Source of the DNA: Candidatus Spongiisociaceae bacterium
GTDB lineage: Bacteria > Actinomycetota > Acidimicrobiia > Spongiisociales > Spongiisociaceae
DNA: 64,000 nt
NCBI GenBank assembly: GCA_965262915.1
Contig: OZ253564.1
Span: 960,001-1,024,000 of the forward strand
Direction: 5' to 3'
The notes beneath the pieces were generated by a model, which saw nothing but the letters and a program-made list of their open reading frames with translations, did no database searches and was not told where the DNA came from. Numbering within the stretch: position 1 is the stretch's first letter; each line of letters opens with the position of its first letter. Positions 38,786 through 49,539 of the stretch are shown here, in pieces. The position numbers and the translations under genes were made by a program.

Positions 38786-38976
38786 GCTGCGGACAGACCG
38801 CCATGGCACGCATCAATGTCCCCGAACGGGCCCTTGACGTGCGCGTCCGGGAGATCGCCCGCATGCGGGTGGCCCGGATCAATCCACGCTGAATCACCGA
38901 ACGGAGCGACAATGAACAAACTCGGGTTTCGGGTCAGCCGCTCGATCCAGAACTGAGCACTTCCGCAGGAAGCCGC

Positions 38977-39264
38977 ATGCCGGACCCGACCCGCGTAGCA
39001 CATCTCACCGCCGGCGAGACGAGCGTGGTCGGTGACGGGGGAATGCGAGATGTCGCTCACTGGGGCGCGGCCCTGCCCGCCGCCGCCGTAGATCCGCAGA
39101 TGTCAAGCCGCTCGGTTGTTGGCGGGGGGCAACCTGCGGCAAGCGCAGGAGTGGTGACCGAACGCGCCGGTCACATCATGATCGTCGATCACCCCGACCC
39201 GGTGATCGACGCGCCTGCCGCCTTCCTGGCAGAGGTCCCGCCGTCATCGGCGACAGCCGAGTGA
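38977..39264 (+). pseudogene. Probable alpha/beta-hydrolase C-terminal remnant
   Basis: VVTERAGHIMIVDHPDPV...AFLA resembles the catalytic-His end of the fold. Confidence 0.4.
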
Positions 39265-39498
39265 CGCCACCCGGCTCGACGGATCGGCTCAGCCGGAAGT
39301 AATCGGCGGGGTCCAATGGGGCCCCTGAGGGCCGGGCCGGACCTAGCGGGGGATACCGGTCCTTGGGAGATTCTTTAAGGACCTCAAGCTGCGCCGGTGG
39401 ATGTCCGACGGCTCTCAAGCGAGCAGAGCGGCCTTGTGACGTGGAGAATGATAGCCCTTGTTGGATCCGAACTCGTAATTGGGGTAATTGGGGGATAA

Positions 39499-40458
39499 GA
39501 GCGTCCGCGGGTAGGTGGGGGAAATCCACCAGTTGGGGTTGTCTCGGGTTTGATACCGAGCGGAAACATACCCCCAACTGGTGGAGGCATCATTATGCGC
39601 GCGCTCGATCCCGAAGTAGCAAACCCGGTCTGGGCTGCTGTGGAGGCCCTGCTACCTTCCCGTGAGGACAACCATCCCCTGGGCTGTCACAATCCCCGTA
39701 TCTCTGACCGTATCTGTTTTGGGGGGATACTGATCCGGTTGGCGACCGGCTGTTCGTGGGAGACAGCCGAACAGCTCTTGGCCGGGGCGGTGTCGGACAC
39801 CACACTTGGGGCCCGACGCGACGAGTGGGTAGAAGCCGACGTGTTCGAGAATCTCGAAACCGAGGCCCTGGCAGCCTAGGACCGCACAATCGGGTTGGAC
39901 CTCACAGAGGCTTCGGTCGACGGGAGCCAACACAAGGCGCCCTGCGGTGGGGAAGGAACCGGGAAAAACCCCTGTGACCGGGCCAAATCGGGTTGGAAAT
40001 GGTCCCTGGCTGTCGATAAGGCTGGCATCCCGGTGGGATGGCCATCGACGGCGCCAACCGTCACGACAGCATCCTGTTCGAACCCACCCTCGAGTCTGTG
40101 GCCGACCGCGGTCTGATACCCGACCTCGAGACCCTACATCTGGACCGTGCCTATGACAGCAAACCGGTCCGGGCTCTCTGCGAAGCCGCAGGGATCACCG
40201 ACGTGATATGCGCTAAGAAACGACCACGAGGCCAAACCAACCACACCAAGATACGAACACCTCTCGGCCTGCGCTGGGCTGTGGAGCGAACCAACTCGGC
40301 GCTCACCAACTACGGGCAGCTACGCCGCAACACCGACCGCCTAACACAGCACCGACAAGCCCAACTCAGCCTCGCGATCACGTTCATAATCACCATCAAA
40401 CTCATCAACTGGAGAAACCGCTGGAACCCCACCAACTAACCCCTACCCGCGGACGCTC
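39499..40458 (+). mobile_element. IS5-family insertion sequence (inactive)
   Basis: Perfect 17-bp IR GAGCGTCCGCGGGTAGG (39499-39515) / CCTACCCGCGGACGCTC (40442-40458); flanks TAA/CAA. Confidence 0.9.
39595..40439 (+). pseudogene. IS5 transposase with in-frame TAG (39877-39879) and a frameshift near 40035
   Basis: TGCSW, SVDGS..KAPCGG, ANRHD, LDRAYDS, RWAVERTN. Confidence 0.88.
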
Positions 40459-41031
40459 CAAGGCGATCCGGGCGCCGCCGGAAGGATGTGCGGACAGGTA
40501 GGTTCTCCGTTGTCGCAAGAACCGTCGGGGCTCCGGACGCAGGATCCGGGGTTCCGGAGGTGTCGGCCCGGAGCCCTCGAGGTGGTGTGGCCTCGGCGGA
40601 CGTAGGCATGGCGGACCTGCAGTTCCACGTTGCGGGTCGCGATCTCGTGTCGGGGAGGCGGGGAGTCGTTGCGGCTACTCGCGATCGTGCCCGGCAGGCC
40701 TATCGCGCAAGCCGTGGACAACGAGAACGCGAAAACGGGCGCACGGTCCCCTCCTGCGAGCCCACCCCCACCGCCACCTCCGTTGATCCCGGAGCGCGTT
40801 CCTCCATCCCCGCTGGGGTCGGCTCCGGCAAATATGATCCCTGCCCTAGTCCGCTCGCCGCCTCAAGCGGACCGCTGGTGTATACGGCTACCCAACAGTA
40901 TGCAACGGAGCTATGACACGTTCAACCCTCTCTTAGCCGGCTGGTCGGCCGGGAAGGGTCCCGGGGCGTTTCGGACCGCTCGCGGGTCGGTCGGGGGCGT
41001 CCCCGACACGACGGACCGGAGATTCGCGACG

Positions 41032-43003
41032 CTAGCCCATCTTCTCGCGGCAGGACGCCTGGCGCGCTTCCGGAAGAGCGGCGCAGAAGGCCCCCCTCTC
41101 CGATGGCCCCGTCAGAATGTTGACCGTCCTCGGGATGATCGTCTCGTAGCACCCGTTCTGCTCGGTGTTGTTGTCGGCCAACATCGCACAGAACTCCAGA
41201 GCCCTGGAGGCTCCACTCGGATCCCAGAAACCGTCCTGTACCGCTCCTGACAGGCACACGACCCTCAGATCCCCCTCGGGCGCCAAGTTACATGTCTCGA
41301 TGGATCTGGCCGGGTCCTGGTAGTGATGAGCGCTCACATCTCGTCCGAAGGAAGCAAAGCAATGCCACTGAGCAGAGTACGGAATCTCCAAACAGGCCTT
41401 CGCCACCTTGGTGAAGTCGCTGTCGAACACGTACATCATATGGCTGGTCTGATAGAAGTAGCACTGGTCGATATATCGTGCCTGCACTATGTCACAAGGG
41501 AAGTGGGGATCGTCAGCTTGAATATACTCCGAAGAGTGCCCCATCACACCGCTCAGCCCGCCCACGACGTTCTCCATGAACACTCCTGACTGGCACGATA
41601 GTTGGTCATATCCCTCCGGGGCGTGATCGCAGAGATCGAGGGCTTCATGCAGTTCGTAAGATGTCCAAGCCATCAGCCCGTGTCCGATGCCATGTAGACA
41701 TTGGTGCCTCGTAAAGGGGTTCGGCGCATAAGAACATATCACGTTGATATTCTCTTCCAGGTGGATCGTTCCACGTTCGGCGAAAAAGGCTTCGATGGCT
41801 CCGTGCGAAAGCCCGGCTTGGCACTCATGGACGACGACGGTAATGGCTACCGGACCGAACTCCTCATAAGCTATCCGCCCTGCTACATGAGCTTGGTCGT
41901 GGCAGGACCGACCGGTAGCCAGCTCATGTTCATGGAGTAGCTCCAGAGCTTGAGCAGCTCCGTAGAGTTTGATGAAGTCCCGCAGTTCCCGATCGTCATT
42001 CACGTTGTATTCCTCCGCCGCTGATGGGGGAGCAACCGGGAAATGCAACTCGGGCATCGAGATCAGCAGTGGCAGCACCTCCTGTTCACCGCCTCCGAGT
42101 GCCACCACCATGCCCACCTCCGAGGGTTCGACATGGTTGTGGTACCTCCAGTATCCGTCTCGCTCGAATCGGTAACTCCACGACCCCCTCGGAGGTATCG
42201 TCTGCAAGGGATCGAAGCTCGACAGGATGGCATGCGTGGGATGGATATTGGAGGCGGGCCACACCGGCACCTCCGATTGGTTGACGAAGGTGACCACGGA
42301 GCCGGTGGGGATATCGAGACGCTGGGGCGTGAACACTCCGCCCGCATAGGTAACGAGGTACTCCTTCTCGGCGGGTTGATCCTCAACCGGCGTCCCGTCC
42401 TCATCCGGATCTTCGGTGGCGGTGTCCGTAGGAGCCGGACCGCTCGGTAGTGAGGTGCTCGTCGGGGCAGGATCGTCGGGCGGCATTGTGGTTACCGGAC
42501 CGCGTTCCGGTTCGGAGGTGGGGGGACTGCTGGCCGGTTCCGGCTCGTCGTCCGGAAGGCCGGGCGTGCCATCCTCGTGGCCGGCCTGATCGCCGGTTCG
42601 GATGTCGGGAACGGTCGTGGTGGGGGCGGGTCCTTCTACCTCGATCCAGTCGCCTTCCCCTCCGTCGGCCCACCGTCGACCGTCGGCGTGGCAGTATCCG
42701 TCCTCGATCCGGGCGGCGGCGGAGGCGCATGGATGTTCATCACCCGAGAGGGTTGGCCGAGTGATCGCCGCCACACCCGTTTCGTCACCGCCGGCTTCAG
42801 GGACACTGCTCGAGGTGGTGGTATCGCCGGCGCCGCCGCCGGTGGTCGGCGAGGTAGTCGTCAGTTGGAGAACGACGGAATCTGTGGTCGAACCCGGAAC
42901 GGAGCGGTCCGTGTCGCTACTGCACCCGGTAGCAAGGAACAGGGCGATGCCGACCGCAGCGACCGTACGATGATGGAGTCTTCGAGTGTTTTCCGGCGGT
43001 CAT
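41032..43003 (-). CDS. Lipoprotein with cupredoxin domain and Cys/His-rich repeat domain (5' end apparently frameshifted)
   Basis: The frame stays open upstream of 42774 through VAAVGIALFLATGC (lipobox); nearest ATG at 43003 is out of frame; WPASNIHPTH..YHNH cupredoxin motif. Confidence 0.7.
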
Positions 43004-43183
43004 GATCTGTCGGGTCCGAGATGGTAATGAGCCGGTTCGCAACAACCAAGATAAGACTGACTATCGCGAGAAACCCGACATTCGGTGTGGATGAACAACG
43101 TGTGACGGCATCTGCCGTACCGGCCTCCGCCGTGGTGTAGCCGATGCCGTCATCGGATACCCCGAGCAGCCGCCGGAAGGTGC

Positions 43184-43819
43184 TCACCAGAAGTCGACTT
43201 CGTCATCCACGCCATCGTCGCCGGGGTCGAGACCACAGGGCTGGTCGGGCGGGTGGCCCCAGACCTCGGGGGGCGCCGTGGCGCAAATGTAGACGCCGAA
43301 GGTCCAGACAAGGCCGCCCACGCCATCGAGGTCTCCCTGCTCGTACAGCACGTACTCGCACCGCATGCCGGCGTCGGGATTGTCCGGGTCGTAGCGGCGG
43401 TCCGTCTCGCATCCGGTGAGGTCTTCCCAGTTCGGGCCACCATTGCGGTCCGCGAGGCGCCGGTACTCTCGGTCTCCGGGATCCCGTCCATGATCCCCGA
43501 GCGTGGCCATCGCGTAGCGCAATATGGCCTGGCGCGCCTCGGCGACCGACTCGACGACGACGGGACCGCCGGGCTCTATCACACATCCTGTCATCCTTTC
43601 GAGCCTGACCTCGATCACCAGCCCGGCGCGGTGCTTGACCCACCGGATGGCTTCCGCCCACGCCTCCTCCCGGCTCTCGAAACCGAGCGAGTCAGGCTCC
43701 CTGACGGGCTCGCCGTCGAGCGTCGGCACCCAGAGATGCCCCCACTCCCGCACCGCGCCGGGCGTGGGCAGGTTCTCGACGGTCGGCGCGCCGTATCTCA
43801 TATCGAAGTTCGAATCCAT
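43184..43819 (-). CDS. Hypothetical acidic protein
   Basis: 211-aa ORF with GC3-biased codons; no recognised family. Confidence 0.55.
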   Translation of the reverse strand: MDSNFDMRYGAPTVENLPTPGAVREWGHLWVPTLDGEPVREPDSLGFESREEAWAEAIRWVKHRAGLVIEVRLERMTGCVIEPGGPVVVESVAEARQAILRYAMATLGDHGRDPGDREYRRLADRNGGPNWEDLTGCETDRRYDPDNPDAGMRCEYVLYEQGDLDGVGGLVWTFGVYICATAPPEVWGHPPDQPCGLDPGDDGVDDEVDFW

Positions 43820-44013
43820 GCTCCCCAAGGTAGTCAGGCGGTGTGATACAGGGCATGGCTTCGAGGGGGCGCACGGCTGGGAGAAGGCTGAGGAACGGTG
43901 AGAATGCTTGGCACGCCGGCCGTTGAACGGGCATTTTCGTCGTAGGTCGGGCCGAGGGAGGGTTTTCCGGAACGCTTCTAGACATCTCTGGAGCGGCTGT
44001 CTAGATTGGTGGT

Positions 44014-44553
44014 ATGAAGACAAGAGCCCTGATGCGGAAGGAACTCCGAGTCGAGGACTTCGGTCTGGACAGCCACGCCGCCAAGTATATAGGTGCGCTG
44101 GAGGCCAAATCCGAGGCATTCGAACGGCTGCTCCTGCTCCTCAACGACCCGTCGCACGAGCAGAGGCTCATCGACGCCGAAGCGCACGGCCTGCCCGCTC
44201 TCGCAGGCGTCGTTCGGTTCATCGAGTCCGATGCGGTGATCTCCCGGGAGCTCACGGGTAAAGGCGGCAGCCTCCGGTTCCGGCAAGCGGTCGGCGTCGC
44301 AGTCAAGCTGAAGATGGCCAAGCTCGGTTGGACAGTGACGGGAAGCAAGGGGGCTGTCAGGGGCGCCCGCCACTTCGTCAAGGCCGAGCACTACGCCCAG
44401 GTGCCCGACTCGGACGAGCGGTACGAGACCCGTGTGCTGGCTGTGCTGGACGAGTTGGGCAGGATCGGTGACGAGGCAGAACGGGAACGGACGCGCCGTG
44501 AGCTGTTGAGAGCCCTCGCTCGCACCCGAGCCGGAGAAGGGCGCCCGTTCTGA
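44014..44553 (+). CDS. Hypothetical protein upstream of a PIN gene
   Basis: 179-aa ORF with typical codon usage, co-oriented with the PIN gene. Confidence 0.65.
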   Translation: MKTRALMRKELRVEDFGLDSHAAKYIGALEAKSEAFERLLLLLNDPSHEQRLIDAEAHGLPALAGVVRFIESDAVISRELTGKGGSLRFRQAVGVAVKLKMAKLGWTVTGSKGAVRGARHFVKAEHYAQVPDSDERYETRVLAVLDELGRIGDEAERERTRRELLRALARTRAGEGRPF

Positions 44554-44587
44554 CGGGCGCCGCCCGAGAGCGCACCGCGCCGACGAG

Positions 44588-45031
44588 GTGCTGATCGTCC
44601 TCGACGCGGGTCCCTTGGGGCTGCTCAGCAACCCGACCACATCCCGCCCGGTCGAGGGAGCTTGGGCCTGGGCGAGCGCTCGACTCGACGACGGGTGCCG
44701 CTTCGTCGTGCCCGAGATCGCTGACTACGAGGTCCGACGCGAGCTGATCCGCGCCGGCAAGGACCTCGGTGTCGAGAGGCTCGACTTGTTGGCGCACGCT
44801 CTCGGCTACGCCCCCATCACTACGGCCGTCATGCGGCATGCCGCGGCACTGTGGGCCGATGCTCGCAACTCGGGGATTCCGACAGCCGTAGATCCGGCGT
44901 TGGACGCAGATGTCATACTGGCGGCTCAGGCCCTCAGCCTCGGCACCGACGGCGAAACGGTGGTCGTCGCGACCACCAACGTCACGCACCTGAAACGCTA
45001 CGTCGAAGCCCGGCTCTGGTCGCAGGTATGA
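44588..45031 (+). CDS. PIN-domain ribonuclease (VapC-like)
   Basis: IVLDAGPLG, YEVRREL, DADVILAAQA, ATTN. Confidence 0.85.
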   Translation: MLIVLDAGPLGLLSNPTTSRPVEGAWAWASARLDDGCRFVVPEIADYEVRRELIRAGKDLGVERLDLLAHALGYAPITTAVMRHAAALWADARNSGIPTAVDPALDADVILAAQALSLGTDGETVVVATTNVTHLKRYVEARLWSQV

Positions 45032-45140
45032 GGCCACGATCGTCGGAGCGGATCATCCGGTGCCGAGTTCACCTCCGAGTCGGTATCGTTCTCTCACCCG
45101 TAACTAGAAAGGATACGGCCCCCATGGGAGACCCTCGGCA

Positions 45141-46919
45141 ATGACGATGCAAGCAATCATGGTGCTGGCCATCCTTGTCGGGACGGTCGCTCTGTTCGTC
45201 TCCGAGAAGTACCCGCTCGATCTCGTAGCGATGCTAGGGCTCGGGAGCCTGCTCGCGCTGCGTCTGGTCACTCCCCAGGAGGGATTCTCCGGTTTCAGCA
45301 ATCCGGCGACCCTCACCGTGGCCGCCATGTTCATCCTCAGTGCAGGTCTCCAGAAGACAGGCGCCACGGCCGCCGTGGGACGCATCATGGTGCGCTACGG
45401 CAAGGACCACTACACGGCGCTGGTGGTGGTCATGGGGACCATCACCATCATGTCGGCCTTCGTGAACAACACGGCGGCGGTGGCCGTTTTCATCCCTCTG
45501 GTCACGATCCTGGCCAACCGGCGCAGGCTGTCCGCCTCCAAGCTGCTCATCCCGCTCTCCTACGCGTCGCAGTTCGGCGGTGTGTGCACGCTCATCGGCA
45601 CCTCGACCAATCTGTTGGTCAGCTCGATCTCGGAGGAGGCGGGGTACGGATCGTTCAGCATGTTCGAGTTCAGCCGGATGGGGCTGATCCTCTTCGTGGC
45701 CGGGGTCCTCTTCTTCCTGCTGCTGGGCCGATGGCTGCTTCCCGAGCGCCAGGTGAGTGAGCTCGCCAACACGTACAACCTGGGCGAGTACGTTACCGAG
45801 ATGCGGGTCCGCGGAAACTCCCCGCTGGTCGGCAAGACCGTGCTCGAGAGCAGGCTTGGGGAAGAGCATGACGTGACGGTCCTTCGGGTACTGCACATAG
45901 GTGATCCCGGATGGGCGCCCCTCCGGCAGACTCTCGAGCCGGACCATGTGCTGCTGGTGCGCGGTGAGATCAGCGAGTTGATGCTCCTGCGTGATTCCAT
46001 GGGTCTCGAGCTCAACGTGGATTTCAAGCTGCGGGACGAGACGTTTCAGACCGAAGATCTGCGGCTGGTGCAGGCCTTGGTAGCCCCGGGATCCGAACTC
46101 ATCGGTTACACCCTCAAGGAACTGGACTTCAGGAACCGCTACAAGGCGCTGGTGCTGGCGATGCAGCGGCGGGGCGAGACGATACACGACCAGCTCAGCT
46201 CGGTCGCCCTCAGCCTGGGCGACGTGATCCTGATCCAGGCTCACGAAGCGGAGATCAGGACCCTTCGGCGCAACAGCGACTTCATCGTGCTCGACGAGGT
46301 ACCCGGGAGCGTGCTGCGGCGCCGTACCCCGCTGGTAATCGGGATCCTCATCGCCGTCGTAGGGCTGGCGGCCTTCAATGTCTTCCCGATCCTCGTCACT
46401 GCGTTGCTCGGCTGTCTGGCAATGTTGCTGACCCGCGTCCTGAGAGTGGACGAGGCGTATCACGCTATCAACTGGCAGGTCATTTTCCTATTGGCCGGAA
46501 TCCTTCCCCTCGGCATTGCCATGAATACGAGCGGCGCCGCCGGGTTCATAGCGGAACGAGCAGTAGGGGTGGTCGGCGATATGGGCCCCGTAGCCGTGCT
46601 GGCGGTCATCTACCTGATGACATCGGTGATGACCGACACGATGAGCAATGCTGCTGCCGCCGTGCTTCTCGCGCCGATCGCCATCTCGACCGCGGAGCAG
46701 ATCGGCGTCGACCCGCGGCCCTTCCTGATGGCGATCACCTTCGCCGCCTCGACCGGCTTCTCGACGCCGGTGGGTTACCAGACGAACACAATGATCTACA
46801 ACGCAGGAGGCTACAAGTACACGGACTTCCTGCGCACCGGCGTGCCACTCAGCATCGTGTTCTGGATCCTGTCCGTGATCTTCATCCCCCGACTCTGGTC
46901 GTTCTGGCCGGATGGATGA
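45141..46919 (+). CDS. SLC13/DASS-family permease with TrkA-C (RCK_C) domains
   Basis: SAFVNNT, GTSTN, MSNAA, TPVGYQTN. Confidence 0.92.
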   Translation: MTMQAIMVLAILVGTVALFVSEKYPLDLVAMLGLGSLLALRLVTPQEGFSGFSNPATLTVAAMFILSAGLQKTGATAAVGRIMVRYGKDHYTALVVVMGTITIMSAFVNNTAAVAVFIPLVTILANRRRLSASKLLIPLSYASQFGGVCTLIGTSTNLLVSSISEEAGYGSFSMFEFSRMGLILFVAGVLFFLLLGRWLLPERQVSELANTYNLGEYVTEMRVRGNSPLVGKTVLESRLGEEHDVTVLRVLHIGDPGWAPLRQTLEPDHVLLVRGEISELMLLRDSMGLELNVDFKLRDETFQTEDLRLVQALVAPGSELIGYTLKELDFRNRYKALVLAMQRRGETIHDQLSSVALSLGDVILIQAHEAEIRTLRRNSDFIVLDEVPGSVLRRRTPLVIGILIAVVGLAAFNVFPILVTALLGCLAMLLTRVLRVDEAYHAINWQVIFLLAGILPLGIAMNTSGAAGFIAERAVGVVGDMGPVAVLAVIYLMTSVMTDTMSNAAAAVLLAPIAISTAEQIGVDPRPFLMAITFAASTGFSTPVGYQTNTMIYNAGGYKYTDFLRTGVPLSIVFWILSVIFIPRLWSFWPDG

Positions 46920-47010
46920 ACCCTCGATCGCCGCACCCCGGCGTCTTGACGATGAAGTACTGCGCAGCCGGGTCCGACATCCCGGCGACTCGGGCTGAGG
47001 GTTCTGCCTC

Positions 47011-49341
47011 GTGACCTGGCAGATCGGATTCCTGATCCTGCTCCTGGTGGCGATGGCCTACCTGTTCCTCACAGCCAAGCTACCTGTGGATCTCACTGCT
47101 TTCCTGGGGCTGGCGGTGCTGATCCTGGGAGGCTACGTAGGGCCCACGGAAGCCTTCAGCGGGTTCGCCTCACCGGCCGTGATCACCATGCTGGCCATCT
47201 TCATCATAAGCGCAGGTCTCCTGTACACGGGCGTGGCCGACATAGTGGCGTCCAAGGTTTACACGCTTGTGGGCAGCAAGGAGATCCCGCTGATCATCAC
47301 GCTGATGTTGGTGTCGGGCATCCTCTCGGCGTTCATGAACAACATCGCCGCCACCGCGGTCCTGATGCCTGCTGTGGCGGGAATCTCCCGGCGGGCGGGG
47401 CTACCGCCTTCCCGTCTGATGATGCCACTGGCGTTCGGGTCGATCCTCGGCGGGACCACCACGATGGTCGGAACGCCGCCCAACATAGTGGCGGCGACGA
47501 TTCTCTCCGAGCGGGGTCTCGAACCGTTCGGTCTCTTCGAGTTCACGCCGATCGGTGCCCTGCTGCTGGCCGCGGGAGTCCTATTCATGATCACGCTGGG
47601 GAGAAGGCTCCTGCCTGATCGTCAGACGGGTCCGGGGGAGGCCGAAACAGCCGACCTGACGCACATCTATCACCTGGAGGAGCGGCTGTTCACGATAAGG
47701 ATCCCGAAGGCGTCCGCTCTCGACAGGGTCACTCTGGCCGAGGCCAACCTGTCAGGTGCGCTGGGTATCCAGGTGGTCTCCATTCTTCGGCAAGGTGCCA
47801 GGAACTTCGTCCCGACCGCCGAGACCCTGCTGAAAGGCGGCGACGTGCTTCTGGTCGAAGGGCGCCTGCAGGATCTCGAGGACATCATGCGGGTCGGCGA
47901 CGTGGAACTCCGACCCACCACCACACGCCAGATACCACGTCCCATGCGAGGCTTCACCGCCATCCGAGCCGAGGTCCCGGAGGCATCGAGGTTGGTGGGG
48001 AAGAGCCCTCGGGATGCCCATTTCCGGGAGCGCTACCACGTGGTGATCGTCGGGATCGAAAGAGGTGAGCGGACCCTCAGAGAAGGCTTGGCGTCCGAGA
48101 CGCTGCAGGCGGGAGATCGGATAATCGCCCTTGGTGCCCGAGCCGGGCTCTACAAGATGCAGTCCGACCCGGACTTCCGGGTCACGACCCTGGGTCTGGC
48201 CGCCTTGAAGTCCATCGAGGGTCACATCTCGGTGATTCGGGTTCCCTCCGGATCCTCCCTGGTCGGTTCGACGGTAGGGGCCAGCCGCCTCGGCGAACTG
48301 GTGGGTGTGACCATCGGCGCCATCATCCGGGGTGATGTCACGCGGATGGCCGTCTCTCCCGATGACGTGATAGAGGCGGGCGACGGCCTTCTCGTCGCCT
48401 GCGATCCGGCCCGGGTGGAGGATCTGGTCAGGATCGGTGATATCCAGGTGGACACCCGAATCAACCAGGAGGTACTCGAGTCCGAGGATTTCGGCATCGT
48501 GGAGGTGGCTCTTGCCCCGCGATCGGCCGTCGTAGGGAAGAGACTGCGGGATCTCGAGTTTCGGAGGCGCCACGGCCTGCAGCTGCTGGCCGTCTGGCGA
48601 GACGGCCGTTCCATCTACACCGGCCTGCCCGACCTCGTATTCCGGCTAGGTGACGCCCTGCTGGTCCAGGGTCCCTGGGAACGGATCCGGCTCCTTGGAT
48701 CCAACCCCGACTTCGTGGTCCTCTCGGCGGAGGGTCTGCGACCTCGGAGATACAAGAAGGCGCCGCTGGCGCTGGGAGCCCTTTTGCTCATGGTCGCGCT
48801 GGTGGTGTTCGGCATCCAGCCGATCCATGTGGCAGCTTTCATATCGGCCAGCCTGGTTCTCCTCTTCCGCACCGTCACCATGGAAGAGGCGTACAGAGCC
48901 ATCGAGTGGCGAACCATCTTCCTGGTGGCGGCGGTGCTCCCCGTGGGTTTCGCCATGGAGAGAACCGGCGCAGCCCTTCTGCTGGTAAGAGAGGTCAAGG
49001 ACGTGATCGGTCCGTTGGGCAACTACGCCATCCTCGTGGCTCTGGTCCTCTTGGCCAGCATCCTCAGCCAGGCTCTCGACGGCGCCCCGGCCGTGGTCCT
49101 CCTGGCCCCGGTCGCCCTTGAGACGGCTGCTCAATTGGGTATGAACCCCTACGCGGCGATGATGGGTGTGAGCCTCGCCGCCTCGGCCGCCTTCATGACC
49201 CCCTTCAGCCACAAAGCCAACCTCCTGGTCATGGGCGCCGGGGGCTACCGCTCCATCGACTACGCTCGGGTCGGTAGTCCCCTGACCGTTGTGGTCCTAG
49301 GCATCGTGGTGGCCCTCGTACCGGTCTTCTTCCCCATCTGA
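47011..49341 (+). CDS. SLC13/DASS-family permease with four TrkA-C domains
   Basis: SAFMNN, GTPPN, TPFSHKAN; long soluble middle region of RCK_C repeats. Confidence 0.9.
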   Translation: MTWQIGFLILLLVAMAYLFLTAKLPVDLTAFLGLAVLILGGYVGPTEAFSGFASPAVITMLAIFIISAGLLYTGVADIVASKVYTLVGSKEIPLIITLMLVSGILSAFMNNIAATAVLMPAVAGISRRAGLPPSRLMMPLAFGSILGGTTTMVGTPPNIVAATILSERGLEPFGLFEFTPIGALLLAAGVLFMITLGRRLLPDRQTGPGEAETADLTHIYHLEERLFTIRIPKASALDRVTLAEANLSGALGIQVVSILRQGARNFVPTAETLLKGGDVLLVEGRLQDLEDIMRVGDVELRPTTTRQIPRPMRGFTAIRAEVPEASRLVGKSPRDAHFRERYHVVIVGIERGERTLREGLASETLQAGDRIIALGARAGLYKMQSDPDFRVTTLGLAALKSIEGHISVIRVPSGSSLVGSTVGASRLGELVGVTIGAIIRGDVTRMAVSPDDVIEAGDGLLVACDPARVEDLVRIGDIQVDTRINQEVLESEDFGIVEVALAPRSAVVGKRLRDLEFRRRHGLQLLAVWRDGRSIYTGLPDLVFRLGDALLVQGPWERIRLLGSNPDFVVLSAEGLRPRRYKKAPLALGALLLMVALVVFGIQPIHVAAFISASLVLLFRTVTMEEAYRAIEWRTIFLVAAVLPVGFAMERTGAALLLVREVKDVIGPLGNYAILVALVLLASILSQALDGAPAVVLLAPVALETAAQLGMNPYAAMMGVSLAASAAFMTPFSHKANLLVMGAGGYRSIDYARVGSPLTVVVLGIVVALVPVFFPI

Positions 49342-49439
49342 GCCCGGCACCTATACGCAATCCACGGGGGCCCGCTTGAGCGCCCTGAGTCAGGCTACGG
49401 CTTGCTGGAAACGGCATACCGGCCTCCACTTCCCATAAC

Positions 49440-49500
49440 CGGAAAGCCCAGAAAAAGCGGAAAGCCCAGAAAAAGCGGAAAGCCCAGAAAAAGCGGAAAG
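49440..49500 (+). repeat. Perfect 18-bp tandem repeat (CGGAAAGCCCAGAAAAAG x3.4)
   Basis: Units start at 49440, 49458, 49476; partial unit at 49494. Confidence 0.95.
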
Positions 49501-49539
49501 GGCTAGAATCGGTGACTCAGCAGGCCAGGGGCGACGCAG

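Noticed and set aside
40480-41030. Several short ORFs after IS5
   Set aside because: No motif, RBS or consistent coding frame; possibly debris.
49440-49500. CRISPR array
   Set aside because: Units are contiguous and identical with no spacers, and there are no cas genes.
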